Origin: a virus
Taxonomy: Duplodnaviria > Caudoviricetes
Strand: one strand, 5' to 3'
DNA: 64,000 nt
IMG/VR virus record: IMGVR_UViG_2595698868_000001
Coordinates: 64,001 to 128,000 of that record
Within the stretch, counting starts at the first letter, position 1, and the number at the start of each line of letters is the position of its first letter. Of the stretch, positions 45,838 to 55,698 are shown piece by piece. A program made the position numbers and the translations under genes. A model generated the notes under the pieces. The model searched no databases. It was not told the origin of the DNA and saw only the letters and a list, made by a program, of their open reading frames with translations.

Positions 45838-46566
45838 CTAGAGGTCGCTCACCTTCCCTACCACCTTGCCGAGGAAGTGCAACTCCTCCGGATCGACCTC
45901 GTCGAATTTCTTGCGGTCGGCCGAGTAGACGCGGTACGGGCCGTTGCGATGCGGGCGCGTGATCGAGGCGACCGATGCGATACCGTTCTGGGCGTAGACG
46001 TACTCGGCATGGGAGGAGCCGGGTTCGGAGCCGCGACGCACGACCGCGACGTCGCCGGGCTTCAGGTTGGTGGAGAAGTCGTTGACCGTGTAGAGGGCCA
46101 GGGCCTGGGGCGAGACCTCGAATCTGGAGACGATCCAGTCTTCATCGAAGGTCCAGGGCTTGAGGGCGATCCAGACTTCACCGTCGGCGATGTAGTCGAC
46201 CTCTTCGATCATGCCGGGCATGTCGGTGGATTCTTCGCCGATGCCGAAGGCCAGCCACTGCGGGTCGCACTTCAGGACCGTGGCGAGCAGGACGATCTTG
46301 GACAGGTCGGGAACGACTTCGCCCGACTCGTACATGCAGTACGCCGAGCGGGAGAGCACTTTGTGTTCATGCTGCTTGTTGTTCCAGAAGATGATCTGGC
46401 GGGCGACGTCGAGTTGGCTCAGCCCGAGAGCGTCACGCTTCTCCTTCAGTCGGTCCTTCAGACCTTCGATCATTTCCAGAGGCGTCGGGGAAGAGCCACC
46501 GCGCGCCTTCGCTTGAGTGGGGCGTTCGGTGGTATTGACCGACTCCCGCATCATCGTCTGTTGCAT
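45838..46566 (-). CDS. XRE-family HTH transcriptional regulator
   Basis: RLKEKRDALGLSQLDVA...YESGEVVPDL...PQWLAFG; S24-like C-terminal fold (LKPGDVAVV). Confidence 0.8.
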   Translation of the reverse strand: MQQTMMRESVNTTERPTQAKARGGSSPTPLEMIEGLKDRLKEKRDALGLSQLDVARQIIFWNNKQHEHKVLSRSAYCMYESGEVVPDLSKIVLLATVLKCDPQWLAFGIGEESTDMPGMIEEVDYIADGEVWIALKPWTFDEDWIVSRFEVSPQALALYTVNDFSTNLKPGDVAVVRRGSEPGSSHAEYVYAQNGIASVASITRPHRNGPYRVYSADRKKFDEVDPEELHFLGKVVGKVSDL

Positions 46567-46906
46567 GCCTTCGTCCTTGTCGGTGCCCTAGGCGGGCGTA
46601 TTGGTTATCCCCTGCCAGCACGGTTAACACGCCATGTCAGCAGTAGTTGCATGTCGAACTTAGTCTTCGTCTGGCAACAAATCAACTCCAGACGATATAT
46701 AGCGGCCCTCATTTGTTAAGAACACAGCCTATAGTACGTGCGAAAGCACAGGCCGTAGTATAGAGCTAGGCAGTGAAAAACCCTTAGCCGAAAGGCAGTT
46801 GCCGTGAATCACGACAGCCGGACCAGCCTTTCGGCCAGCCCGGCTGTCATGGGATAGATTGTCCCAAGTGTGACGGCTAAGCCACACATAAATAGGTGAA
46901 AATAGT

Positions 46907-47554
46907 TTACGAAATTCCGGTCGAGCCGAAGCCGCCCGTGCCACGCTCGGTCTGGTCAAGCTCCGCAACGACGTCGAAACGGATGCGGACATAGGGCGCG
47001 AAGACGGCCTGGGCAATGCGGTCGCCGCGATTGATGACGAACGGATTGCGGCCGTGGTTGATCAGGATCACCTTGATCTCGCCGCGATAGTCGCTGTCGA
47101 CGGTACCGGGCGAATTCAGGACAGTGATAGACGACTTGGCGGCGAGGCCCGAGCGCGGCCGGACTTGCAGTTCCAGGCCCGCCGGCAGGGCGACCGTGAC
47201 GCCGGTCGGGATGATGCCGACTTCGCCCGCAGCGATAGTAAAGGGTTCATCCTCGGGGATCGCGGCACGCAAGTCCAGGCCGGCGGACCCACGGGTCTCG
47301 TAGGCTGGCAGCGGCAGGCCTTGGGCATGCTCCAGGGCGACGAATGCGACCGGGACGCTGTTGTGCTGATCCTGGACGTAGGCCAGAGCCGCCTCCCAGG
47401 TCAGAACCGTGTTGTCGTCCAGGTACACGGCTTCCTGATCATCCGTCGAGACGGTGGTGCGCCGGCCGAGGGCCTCGAACAGCTTCGCGAGTTCGTAGGC
47501 GCGCTCCGCACGGGCCGCGCGGGTATAGGTGATGATGACGGTCGGGGTCGCCAT
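46907..47554 (-). CDS. dut: dUTPase with N-terminal extension
   Basis: AGLDLRA, RSGLA, GTVDSDYRGE and RGTGGFGSTG motifs. Confidence 0.93.
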   Translation of the reverse strand: MATPTVIITYTRAARAERAYELAKLFEALGRRTTVSTDDQEAVYLDDNTVLTWEAALAYVQDQHNSVPVAFVALEHAQGLPLPAYETRGSAGLDLRAAIPEDEPFTIAAGEVGIIPTGVTVALPAGLELQVRPRSGLAAKSSITVLNSPGTVDSDYRGEIKVILINHGRNPFVINRGDRIAQAVFAPYVRIRFDVVAELDQTERGTGGFGSTGIS

Positions 47555-47557
47555 GGG

Positions 47558-48961
47558 TTAGTCCTTCAGGTAGGTGCGGAGATCGGAGGCGCCGCCGATG
47601 AATTCGACTTCAGTGGTGCCGTTGAGGGTGAAGATCATGGGCGACGACTTCCACGTCGCGCCCCACTTCGAGTGGATTTCGGCGAACTTGGCTTGGCGTT
47701 GCTCGGCTTCCGGCAGTTCGATGGCTTCGAAGACGAGGCCCTTGGCCTTCAGCAGCGCCTTGGCGTCGTCGCAGTGCGGGCAGCCGGGCTTGGTATAGAC
47801 CCGGAACTCCGGCTCGATCTGCATGTCGATCGTGACCGAGCCGCCGTGGGGTAGCGGGACGACCGTCTCGATCGGGTGGATCACAGCTTCGGGCACCGCG
47901 CAGACGCCGTCGTCGGAGCAGCCCTCGACCACCTCGGCTGCGAGCATCTTGGCGATCTTGCCGGCGCCGCCCTCGATCAGCAGCGGCCCGCGCTTCAGGA
48001 AGTCGAAGGCGTTCGGCCAGCCAGGGGTTTCGCCCTTGCCGTACTCCGTCGAGCGCTGCTCGAAGAAGTTGGTGTGGGTCGGGGCGTTCATGATCCAGTC
48101 GAGCCAGTCGAACGGATTTGCCTTCACGCCATAGTTAGGCTTCAGCCCGAGTTGCAGCAGGCGGCGGTCCGCGATGTAGCGGATGTATTCCTTGGCCTCG
48201 GCGGCGGTGAAACCTTCGACTTCGCCCAGGTTGGTGCATTGGTCGATGAACGCATCTTCCAGCGTGACCATGGCGCGGCAGGCATCGTAGACACGCTTCT
48301 TGGTTTCGTCGTTCCAGGCGCGCGGGTGTTCCTTGATCAACTCGTGCAGGAGCTTGATCATCGATTCGACGTGCAGCGACTCGTCGCGGATCGACCACTC
48401 GACGATCGTGGTCATGCCCTTCATAAGGCCACGGCGTTGGAAGCTCATCAGCAGCGCGAAGCTGGAGAAGAGTTGCATGCCTTCGCCGAAGGCGCTGAAG
48501 ACGGCGATGTCGACCATCAGGTCGGCGATACCCTTGCCGGATTCGCGCGCGAACATGTACTCATGCTTCTCGCGCATCGCCTGATATTCTTGGAAGGCCT
48601 TGTACTCGACCTCCGGAAGACCCAGGGTTTCGATCAACGTCGAGTAGGCGTCGATATGATTGGCCTCGGCCGCGATGAACTGCCCGATCATCATGCGGAG
48701 TTCAGGCAGCTTGAAGCGCGGGGCGTACTTGTCGAAATAGCCAGAAGCGATGTCGATGTCGGCCTGGGTGAAGAAACGGAAGAGTTGGGTCAGAAGACCC
48801 TTCTCCTTGGGATTGAGCTTCGTGTTCCAGTCCAGGATGTCCTTGTCCATGGGAGCCTCGTGGGGTTCCCAGGACAGGGCGCGCATCAGCTTGTAGGCCT
48901 TGTACGCCCACGGATAAGTGAAGGGCTTGTAGTAGTCGCGAGTCGCGAAAAGGTCGGACAT
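47558..48961 (-). CDS. nrdB: ribonucleotide reductase class I beta subunit with C-terminal glutaredoxin
   Basis: FFTQAD, EANHIDAY, EGMQLFSSF, RDESLH, NFFEQR; YTKPGCPHC Grx domain. Confidence 0.92.
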   Translation of the reverse strand: MSDLFATRDYYKPFTYPWAYKAYKLMRALSWEPHEAPMDKDILDWNTKLNPKEKGLLTQLFRFFTQADIDIASGYFDKYAPRFKLPELRMMIGQFIAAEANHIDAYSTLIETLGLPEVEYKAFQEYQAMREKHEYMFARESGKGIADLMVDIAVFSAFGEGMQLFSSFALLMSFQRRGLMKGMTTIVEWSIRDESLHVESMIKLLHELIKEHPRAWNDETKKRVYDACRAMVTLEDAFIDQCTNLGEVEGFTAAEAKEYIRYIADRRLLQLGLKPNYGVKANPFDWLDWIMNAPTHTNFFEQRSTEYGKGETPGWPNAFDFLKRGPLLIEGGAGKIAKMLAAEVVEGCSDDGVCAVPEAVIHPIETVVPLPHGGSVTIDMQIEPEFRVYTKPGCPHCDDAKALLKAKGLVFEAIELPEAEQRQAKFAEIHSKWGATWKSSPMIFTLNGTTEVEFIGGASDLRTYLKD

Positions 48962-49015
48962 TAAAGGCGCTCGAAAAAGAGGGGAGATGAAGGCGAGGCG
49001 GATAGGGCCGAAGCC

Positions 49016-51826
49016 CTATCCTTCACACGCGATGCAGGTGGAATCGTCGAGCGGGTTCGCCGACAGGCCGTTGGTAGGCGCCTCCACCTCGGCCGTCGCG
49101 GTCTTGGCGCGCTCGACCTTCTCGTTGGTGTTCTCGGCGCGCTTAGGCGTCGTCGAGCGGTAGTAGTAGAGGCTCTTGATCGGATCGCCGTCGGCTTCCG
49201 GGTCCCAGGCCAGATAGTGGACTTCCGACATGTAGCCGGCGTCCGCGTCGTGCGGGAACGCGGTGTTCACCGATTGCGCCTGATCGATGTCGCCCTGGCG
49301 ATCGCGCGCCAGTTGGACAACCCAGCGCATGTCGAGTTCCGTGAAGGTCTTGAAGACCTCCAGCAGGTTCTCCCAGACCTCGGCGTCAATCGTGACTCCT
49401 TCAACGTCGAGATCGTCGAAGACGTAGTAGGGGGCCTTGCCGAGTTCTTGGACGCGGGTGCCCAGACCCTGCACCGAGCCCTCGTTCGCAATGATCGCCT
49501 TCCAGACGCCCTGAGTGTCGAGGCCTAGCTTGGCCAGTTCGCGGACCAGGAAGGGGTTCTTCACGGGGAAGGAGCCCGACAGCGTCTTATGCAGATAGGC
49601 GTTGGCGCGCCACGGCTCGATCGACGGCGAGGTATTGCCGCAGAGGATAGACGACGACGCGTTGGGAGCGATCGCCATCTTGTGGGCGAAGCGCTCGCCC
49701 GTGCCGATCATGTCCGGCGCCTCGCCGCGTTCGGCGCCCAGCTTCAGAGAAGCGGCATCCGCCAGGGTGCGGATGTGCTTGAAGATCGCACGGTTCACGT
49801 TGCGAGCCTTATGCGACTCGAACCGGATCATATGCTTCTGAAGATAGGCGTGGAAGCCCAGCAGGCCCAGGCCGACCGAACGCTCCTGCGTAGCCGAGTA
49901 GATCGCGTAGGCCAACGCCGGCGGAGCGTTGTCGATGAACACCTGGAGGCAGTTGTCCAGCATACGCATCAGGTCTTCGATGAAGTGTGGGTCATCGACC
50001 CACTCGTCGAACTTCTCGGCGTTGACGCTCGACAGGCAGCAGACCGCCGTACGCTTCTTGCCTTGATCATCGCGCCCGGTCGCCAGCGTGATCTCGGTGC
50101 AGTTGCCAGTCAAGATGCCGTTGAACACGGCGCGGTGACGCAGCGGCTCGGTGACGCAGTACGTGTCGGTCTTGAAAGGCACGGGCACGACATCCGCAAC
50201 GACCGGGTTGGTCTTCTTGATCGTGGCGCGGCCCACGTTCTTCAGGAGCATGCCGCCCTGGTTCAGCCACCAGACGTCACCTTCTCCCAGCATGAAGGCG
50301 TGACCGGCATCGGTGATCCGGATGCGCGGCGTCAGGCCAGCTTCCAGGGCATCCAGGCGCAACTGGTTGACCAACGCGGCGTCGTTCAGGGCCACGGTGA
50401 GGAACTTACCTTCGGTGCCCAGGTCGACCCAGCTACCGCCGGCGTCCATGAGTCCCGCGAACCACGCCAGACGCGCCGTCTCCGACCAACCGGTCGGCGC
50501 CCGGCCAGAGGGGATCGACTTCGGCTCGTAACGGATCGTGAACCCGCCGGCGAGCGCGTCGGCCGAGGCATCGACCGAGTGTTGCATCAGACGCTTCGTC
50601 ACGGCGTCGCCAGGGATGTCCGGCGAGAACACCGTCAGGCGATTGGCGTCCTCGAAGCCGGCGAACGTCGCGTAGCCTGCCGTGTAGGCGACATCCACGC
50701 TATAGTCGTGTCCGCCTTCGATGATCGGATGGGACGACGATTCCAGAATCGTGCCGACCTTCAGGGCGCCGGCCCGGATTTCCGTGCCGTCCTTGTCGTA
50801 GAACTTGTGATAGGGCGTGACGTCGAGGTGGCTGCCGTCCTCGAACCAGACGCGGACCAGTTCCTGGGCCTTGCCGGTTTCCTCGACCGTGACCTTCGAC
50901 CACGCGTCGCCGTTCCACACTTCGACGTCCTGGCCGACCAGGGCGCCGATCGGCTTGTGGCCCTGCTTGGTCAGCAGTTCCGTGTACGGTGCGACGCACA
51001 GGTTCGATTGGTTGACGCGCAGGCCCTTCTTCTTCTGCGGCTCCGGCAGACCACGATTGGCCACGTCCACGAAGAACATGTAGGGCTCGCCGGTCTGCTT
51101 GCGCGTCTCCATGATCTGCTTCCACATCTCGCGGGCAGAGTGGGTCGCGACGACCTCCTTGGACTTCGGGTCCACGAGATCGAACGGCGCGTCATCGCGC
51201 ACCGCTTCCATGAACTTGTCGGTGATGCAGAGGGCGTTGTGCAGGTTGATGAACTTGCGGTTCTCATCACCGCCCGTCGGCTTGCGGCCGGTGATGAATT
51301 CCATCACTTCCGGGTGGTCGATATCCATGTAGGCCGCGTACGAGCCACGCCGGGTACCGCCTTGGCTGACCGACAGGATGATGCGGTCGACCGCCGCGAT
51401 GAATGGAATGACGCCGGTGGACGACGAGCCTTGCGAAGTCTTCGTGCCGTTGGAGCGCAGCGGCCAATAGCCGCCGACGCCGCCGCCGACGCTGGACAGC
51501 CAGCCGGTTTCGGTCCAGTGATCGAAGATGCCTTCACGGCTGTCTTCGGCGGTCGAGAGGAAGCAGGAAATAGGCAAGCCGCGCGACGTGCCACCGTTGC
51601 TGAGCAACGGAGTGGCGAACATGAACCAGCCCTTCGACACGGCGTCGTACAGACGCTGAGCATGATCAGCGTCGTCTGCGAACGCGGCCGAAGCGCGAGC
51701 GAAGGCATGCTGCGGCGAGGTTTCGCCGTCGATCAGGTAGCGATCTCGAAAGGTCTGGAGCGTGAATTCGTCGAACAGGCTGTCGCGGGAGAGGTCGATG
51801 GTAACGAGGTGCGGGTCGACGGCCAT
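49016..51826 (-). CDS. nrdA: ribonucleotide reductase class I alpha subunit (intein-containing)
   Basis: ATPLLSN, PISCF, QGGTRRG, NL[intein]CTEI, VCCLSS, APNASSS; C-terminal CIACEG. Confidence 0.93.
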   Translation of the reverse strand: MAVDPHLVTIDLSRDSLFDEFTLQTFRDRYLIDGETSPQHAFARASAAFADDADHAQRLYDAVSKGWFMFATPLLSNGGTSRGLPISCFLSTAEDSREGIFDHWTETGWLSSVGGGVGGYWPLRSNGTKTSQGSSSTGVIPFIAAVDRIILSVSQGGTRRGSYAAYMDIDHPEVMEFITGRKPTGGDENRKFINLHNALCITDKFMEAVRDDAPFDLVDPKSKEVVATHSAREMWKQIMETRKQTGEPYMFFVDVANRGLPEPQKKKGLRVNQSNLCVAPYTELLTKQGHKPIGALVGQDVEVWNGDAWSKVTVEETGKAQELVRVWFEDGSHLDVTPYHKFYDKDGTEIRAGALKVGTILESSSHPIIEGGHDYSVDVAYTAGYATFAGFEDANRLTVFSPDIPGDAVTKRLMQHSVDASADALAGGFTIRYEPKSIPSGRAPTGWSETARLAWFAGLMDAGGSWVDLGTEGKFLTVALNDAALVNQLRLDALEAGLTPRIRITDAGHAFMLGEGDVWWLNQGGMLLKNVGRATIKKTNPVVADVVPVPFKTDTYCVTEPLRHRAVFNGILTGNCTEITLATGRDDQGKKRTAVCCLSSVNAEKFDEWVDDPHFIEDLMRMLDNCLQVFIDNAPPALAYAIYSATQERSVGLGLLGFHAYLQKHMIRFESHKARNVNRAIFKHIRTLADAASLKLGAERGEAPDMIGTGERFAHKMAIAPNASSSILCGNTSPSIEPWRANAYLHKTLSGSFPVKNPFLVRELAKLGLDTQGVWKAIIANEGSVQGLGTRVQELGKAPYYVFDDLDVEGVTIDAEVWENLLEVFKTFTELDMRWVVQLARDRQGDIDQAQSVNTAFPHDADAGYMSEVHYLAWDPEADGDPIKSLYYYRSTTPKRAENTNEKVERAKTATAEVEAPTNGLSANPLDDSTCIACEG
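50102..50998 (-). mobile_element. intein (299 aa) in NrdA with degenerate LAGLIDADG region
   Basis: Starts CVAPYTELLT, has TPYHKF block B, WFAGLMDAGG and TYCVTEPLRHRAVFNGILTGN/C end; inserted before the thiyl-radical Cys. Confidence 0.88.
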
Positions 51827-52012
51827 GTACGGTTCCGAAGAAAAAGGCCCTGCCCAGCAAAAAATGCTGTGAAATCAGGGCCTTACGTTTGTGACGAAAG
51901 GCGTTAACGATACTTCTCCAGGGCTCTAAAGTCAAGATTCCTGGCAGTTCAAAAGGGTAAATTGATTCCTTGACTGGCTAAGTCTCAGAAGCCCTTTGGG
52001 AAACGTGACTCC

Positions 52013-52237
52013 TTAGGAGTCCTTGAACTTCAAACCGGCCGCCTTGAGCACCTTTTCGGTGTTAGCCGGCTTGCCGTCGAGCAGGAATCCCTGCTTGGTG
52101 ATCTTCAGGCGCTTGCCCAGGATGATCTCGGCAGTGTCGATCAGCGGGGGCGGGTCGTCGAACGGAACCGTGGGGAAGTTGTCTTCGCGCGGAAGGCGAA
52201 ACTGGAGCTTCGGGTTGGGGGTCTTGTCTTCGGACAT
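52013..52237 (-). CDS. hypothetical protein
   Basis: 74-aa ORF in a codirectional block. Confidence 0.6.
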   Translation of the reverse strand: MSEDKTPNPKLQFRLPREDNFPTVPFDDPPPLIDTAEIILGKRLKITKQGFLLDGKPANTEKVLKAAGLKFKDS

Positions 52238-52255
52238 ACGCGTACGCTCTACTGA

Positions 52256-52666
52256 CTAGGTGCCGGACGCGCGGTCGCGATAGCCCGTCTCGATCGCCTC
52301 GGGGGCGATGATCTTGACCTTCTGGATGCGGTGCGGAGGGTAATGGACCAGGATGTTCGGTTGCTTTTCCTGGACCGAGCGGTAGCCCGTTGCGATGATC
52401 GCCGAGACATGCTCGCGGGCCGAGGACATGGAGTCGACGTCGTAGTTAAACGTGACTCCATCGTCCAGGTAGATCACGATCCGATAGCTCGCCGGCGCGG
52501 GCTGCGAAGCGATATCGAGCGGTAGCCCTTGACGCGCTTGATCTGCGAGACGAACGATCGGATTATACGCCGCGTCCCGCATTTCCCGCACCAGAAGGGG
52601 CGGGAAAGCGGTCGAGTTGAAGTCGCTCTCGTAGATGGGACCGCCGTCGAGATATTCGGTCGACAT
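52256..52666 (-). CDS. hypothetical protein
   Basis: Start MSTEYL follows GGAGG. Confidence 0.65.
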   Translation of the reverse strand: MSTEYLDGGPIYESDFNSTAFPPLLVREMRDAAYNPIVRLADQARQGLPLDIASQPAPASYRIVIYLDDGVTFNYDVDSMSSAREHVSAIIATGYRSVQEKQPNILVHYPPHRIQKVKIIAPEAIETGYRDRASGT

Positions 52667-52670
52667 GACC

Positions 52671-53093
52671 TTATTCCTCCGAGGCGGGCTCTTGCGGCAG
52701 GTCGACATCGCCGATGGTGCCGTCCAGCGCCTTGTCGGCGGAAGCGAAAGCGTCTTCCACCGAGGCGCCTTCAGCGAGTTGCTTGTGGACGTTGCCAAGC
52801 GTCTGGGCGACGAGTCCGACGGCATCCTGGAGCGCCTGCGGACGCTGGCGAATGATGGTCGAGATGGCCAGCGCCATGATGTCGACGATCGACACCGGAT
52901 GCGACGTGTTCGGATACAGTTCTTCCATCCGGGCGCCGTGGAGGCCCAGGCCGACCGTGAACCCGCCGGTGCCGGGGATTTCGGTCAGGGTGATGACGGA
53001 CTTGGCGGCATCGCCCGGCTTGTAGGAGAGCTTGGAAGCCAGCGCCTTTTCGGCGGCGCGGCGTTGAACTCGGGACTTGGAGGCGGAGGTCAT
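52671..53093 (-). CDS. hypothetical protein
   Basis: 140-aa ORF with AAGGA RBS. Confidence 0.65.
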   Translation of the reverse strand: MTSASKSRVQRRAAEKALASKLSYKPGDAAKSVITLTEIPGTGGFTVGLGLHGARMEELYPNTSHPVSIVDIMALAISTIIRQRPQALQDAVGLVAQTLGNVHKQLAEGASVEDAFASADKALDGTIGDVDLPQEPASEE

Positions 53094-53101
53094 GGTGGTC
53101 C

Positions 53102-53392
53102 TTAGGCGGTGGTGAACTGAGCGATGCGATTGCAGGCATCGACTTCGTTGATGGGGCCGGCGTCCAGGAGTTCGTTCATGCGACGCTCGATCGTGCCGTC
53201 GTGGTCCAGCGAAAGGATCGCCAGACCGTAGAGAAGGGACAGCGAGGCCGGGCGACGAATGTTGGGCTTGGACGGGGTCGTGGTGATGATCTGGACGTCG
53301 CCCTCGGGTTCGTCGTACGCGGTCAGGCTGAAACGGGCTTCAGCTTCCTCGTGGGCGGCCTGGATCACGTCGAGAGCGGCGGCTTGGGGCAT
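53102..53392 (-). CDS. hypothetical protein
   Basis: 96-aa ORF. Confidence 0.6.
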   Translation of the reverse strand: MPQAAALDVIQAAHEEAEARFSLTAYDEPEGDVQIITTTPSKPNIRRPASLSLLYGLAILSLDHDGTIERRMNELLDAGPINEVDACNRIAQFTTA

Positions 53393-53477
53393 TTGGGAAC
53401 GAACTCATTGCCAGGAAAACTGACATCTTAGTAGCCAGGAATCCTGGCGCCGGTCAACGTAGTTAATGCGGTGAAGC

Positions 53478-53852
53478 TTAATTTTCCAGGGGCGTGAATA
53501 CGTCGCAGTCCACGGACAGTGCGCGTCGCCATCCGCCGTAGATCGGCTTGCCCCACATCTTCGCCCAGGCGATCTCACGGCGAGTGCTGAAGCCGATGTA
53601 ATGCGCGAAGGCGCTGATCTCGCTTTCGTGCATCGTCAGGCCGTCGCCGCCGACGACCAAGATCGCGTCGCTTTCCACGATCTTCCGGAAATGGACAAGA
53701 TCGAGGATGATCTTATCTTCGTCGGTCATGTCGTCTTCGTGGTGCCCGAAGCTGGCGACCGAGTAGACGATGTGCCCGGCCTTCGATAGGACACGGTTGG
53801 CGTGGTTGAAGGCGTCGCGGTACTTGGTCGAGCCGCAGAGGGTGATCTTCAT
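53478..53852 (-). CDS. nucleoside 2-deoxyribosyltransferase-like fold protein
   Basis: ITLCGS...HFRKIVESDAILVV...YIGFSTRREIAWA. Confidence 0.55.
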   Translation of the reverse strand: MKITLCGSTKYRDAFNHANRVLSKAGHIVYSVASFGHHEDDMTDEDKIILDLVHFRKIVESDAILVVGGDGLTMHESEISAFAHYIGFSTRREIAWAKMWGKPIYGGWRRALSVDCDVFTPLEN

Positions 53853-54012
53853 AGTGCGCTCTTTTGTTGGGGGCGGGCAGACGGCGCAGCATTCAACTGC
53901 TGCATCAGCGTCGCCCTGTTGGCTGGCGTGTCGTCGAGCCCCTGGTAGCGAAGCATGAACTTCATGCAGAACTCGACCGCCGCCCGCAGGAGGTTGAGCC
54001 GGATATTCACGG

Positions 54013-54984
54013 TTACAGGCGCTCGTTCGGAACGAACTTGCGGAACTGCGCGAAACCGCTGAAGTTACCCTGGACGTAGTCCGGATCGCTCATCAGCAGC
54101 GGGCGGGCCTGATGCTCCAGTGGCGAAGCGTGCTTCGGGTCGGAACCCGCGAGGCGCAGATAGAGGCTCAGGTCGGTTTCGATCTCCGGGCGCGCGCCAT
54201 CGTGCTTCGAGTAGGAGACGCGGCAGCAGCGGGCCGTCGAGATCGCCAGGAGCAGGGCATTGCGGGCCGAGATCGCGTGATGACCTTCCAGCCCCTTGAG
54301 GCCCATCAGGTCGTAGATCACCTTCGGCACCACCTCACCCGGCAGCGCACGCTGGCGAGCGATGTTGTCGGCATCGACGACGTCCTGTTGGGTGATGTAG
54401 GGCAGGTGCCATTCGCCATGCTTCAGCACCTTGGGCGTCGCCGCCTCGCGCGCCTCCAGCATCATCTCGGCCAGGACGCGGATTTCATCCTGGGCTTCGC
54501 CGTGGATACGCAGGCCATCGAAGTTCGACCAGTCGGTCGACGAGATCAGGACGTCGATGTAGCCGAACCATTCCAGCGGGCGGTTGACCCACTGCTTGTG
54601 GATGTTGAGGCCGTCCTTGGCCGACATCTGCCCGGTGCGCTTGATGCAGTACGCGGCCATGTCGCGCCAGATCGCTTCGGCTTCGAACTGTTCGTCCGGC
54701 GACAGGTACTCGCCCGGCTGCATGCCGGCCTTGTTCTTGCGGAACTGCGGGATGAAAATGTCCGCGTCTCGCACGGTCAGCGAAGCGTGCGGAATGGCGC
54801 GGCTGCTGCTGGCGTTACGCGAGAATACGCGGTGGGTCATCACCTCGCCGTGGATCGGACGCCAGTAGCGGACCTGGAGCGTATCGATGCGGGCGCCGGT
54901 GTCCTCGCTGACCGAGGCGGCGATCGACTTGACCGTGAAGAACTCGCGGATACGTTCGTCGGGCTCGTTGGTGAAGAGGCTCAT
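54013..54984 (-). CDS. thyX: FAD-dependent thymidylate synthase
   Basis: EVMTHRVFSRNASSSRAIP, HKQWVNRPLE and HASPLEH. Confidence 0.85.
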   Translation of the reverse strand: MSLFTNEPDERIREFFTVKSIAASVSEDTGARIDTLQVRYWRPIHGEVMTHRVFSRNASSSRAIPHASLTVRDADIFIPQFRKNKAGMQPGEYLSPDEQFEAEAIWRDMAAYCIKRTGQMSAKDGLNIHKQWVNRPLEWFGYIDVLISSTDWSNFDGLRIHGEAQDEIRVLAEMMLEAREAATPKVLKHGEWHLPYITQQDVVDADNIARQRALPGEVVPKVIYDLMGLKGLEGHHAISARNALLLAISTARCCRVSYSKHDGARPEIETDLSLYLRLAGSDPKHASPLEHQARPLLMSDPDYVQGNFSGFAQFRKFVPNERL

Positions 54985-55104
54985 GCGCGGCTTTCGTACT
55001 GGTTCTGGCCGCGACGCTGTTCGCGCAGGTAGGCCGAGGTGAGGGGGAGCGCGCCGCCCGAAAGCAGCACGAAGAGGATGAGGATGCTCAGCATGGGCGA
55101 CTTC

Positions 55105-55689
55105 CTAGGCGTCGGCGAAGCAGGTCGCTGCGAGTTCCAGGTCGCGGATGCCGCGATCATTGGTGATCGTCCAGTTGACCTGAAGTTGATCGATTTCGAC
55201 TTCCGACTGGTGCAGCGAACGCTCATCGAGCTTGAGCTTCGCGCGCTTACGGGGGTCTTCGATCTTGATCAGAGTACCGCCCAGGCTGGCGATCATCGCG
55301 GCTTCATTGAGGAAGCGGCAGTCCGAGCAGACGACGCCGGCGGCTTCGCGAACGCCGCCGAAACCGTTCACCTTGCGGCCTTCGAGGATAGCGGTGACCT
55401 CGTTCTTCCAGGCCTGGACCCACGTGTCGTCGATGTAGGCGCGGAACATGTCGGTGCCGATCTGCTGAAGCAGTTCGCGCGGGCTCTTGTAGGGCCAACG
55501 GTCCAGAGCCTTTTCCTTCAGGACGGGGTCCAGCATCTCGTCAAACGTGACTCCGTAGACGAGATTGCAAACCTTGCGGAGCGGGTCGGCGAAGTTGACC
55601 TGCACGTAGCCGTAGTCGCGGACCAGCGCGCGCGCGGCGGTGTCCTTGCCGTGGCCACGCAGACCGGTGAAGGCGATGATCTTGCTCAT
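55105..55689 (-). CDS. deoxynucleoside monophosphate kinase
   Basis: GLRGHGKDT, FADPLR, PRELLQQIGT, DCRFLNE and HQSE. Confidence 0.88.
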   Translation of the reverse strand: MSKIIAFTGLRGHGKDTAARALVRDYGYVQVNFADPLRKVCNLVYGVTFDEMLDPVLKEKALDRWPYKSPRELLQQIGTDMFRAYIDDTWVQAWKNEVTAILEGRKVNGFGGVREAAGVVCSDCRFLNEAAMIASLGGTLIKIEDPRKRAKLKLDERSLHQSEVEIDQLQVNWTITNDRGIRDLELAATCFADA

Positions 55690-55698
55690 GGTGTTTCC

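Noticed and set aside
46570-46900. Replication origin in the AT-richer intergenic gap
   Set aside because: No iterons or clear DnaA boxes seen; more simply the regulator's promoter region
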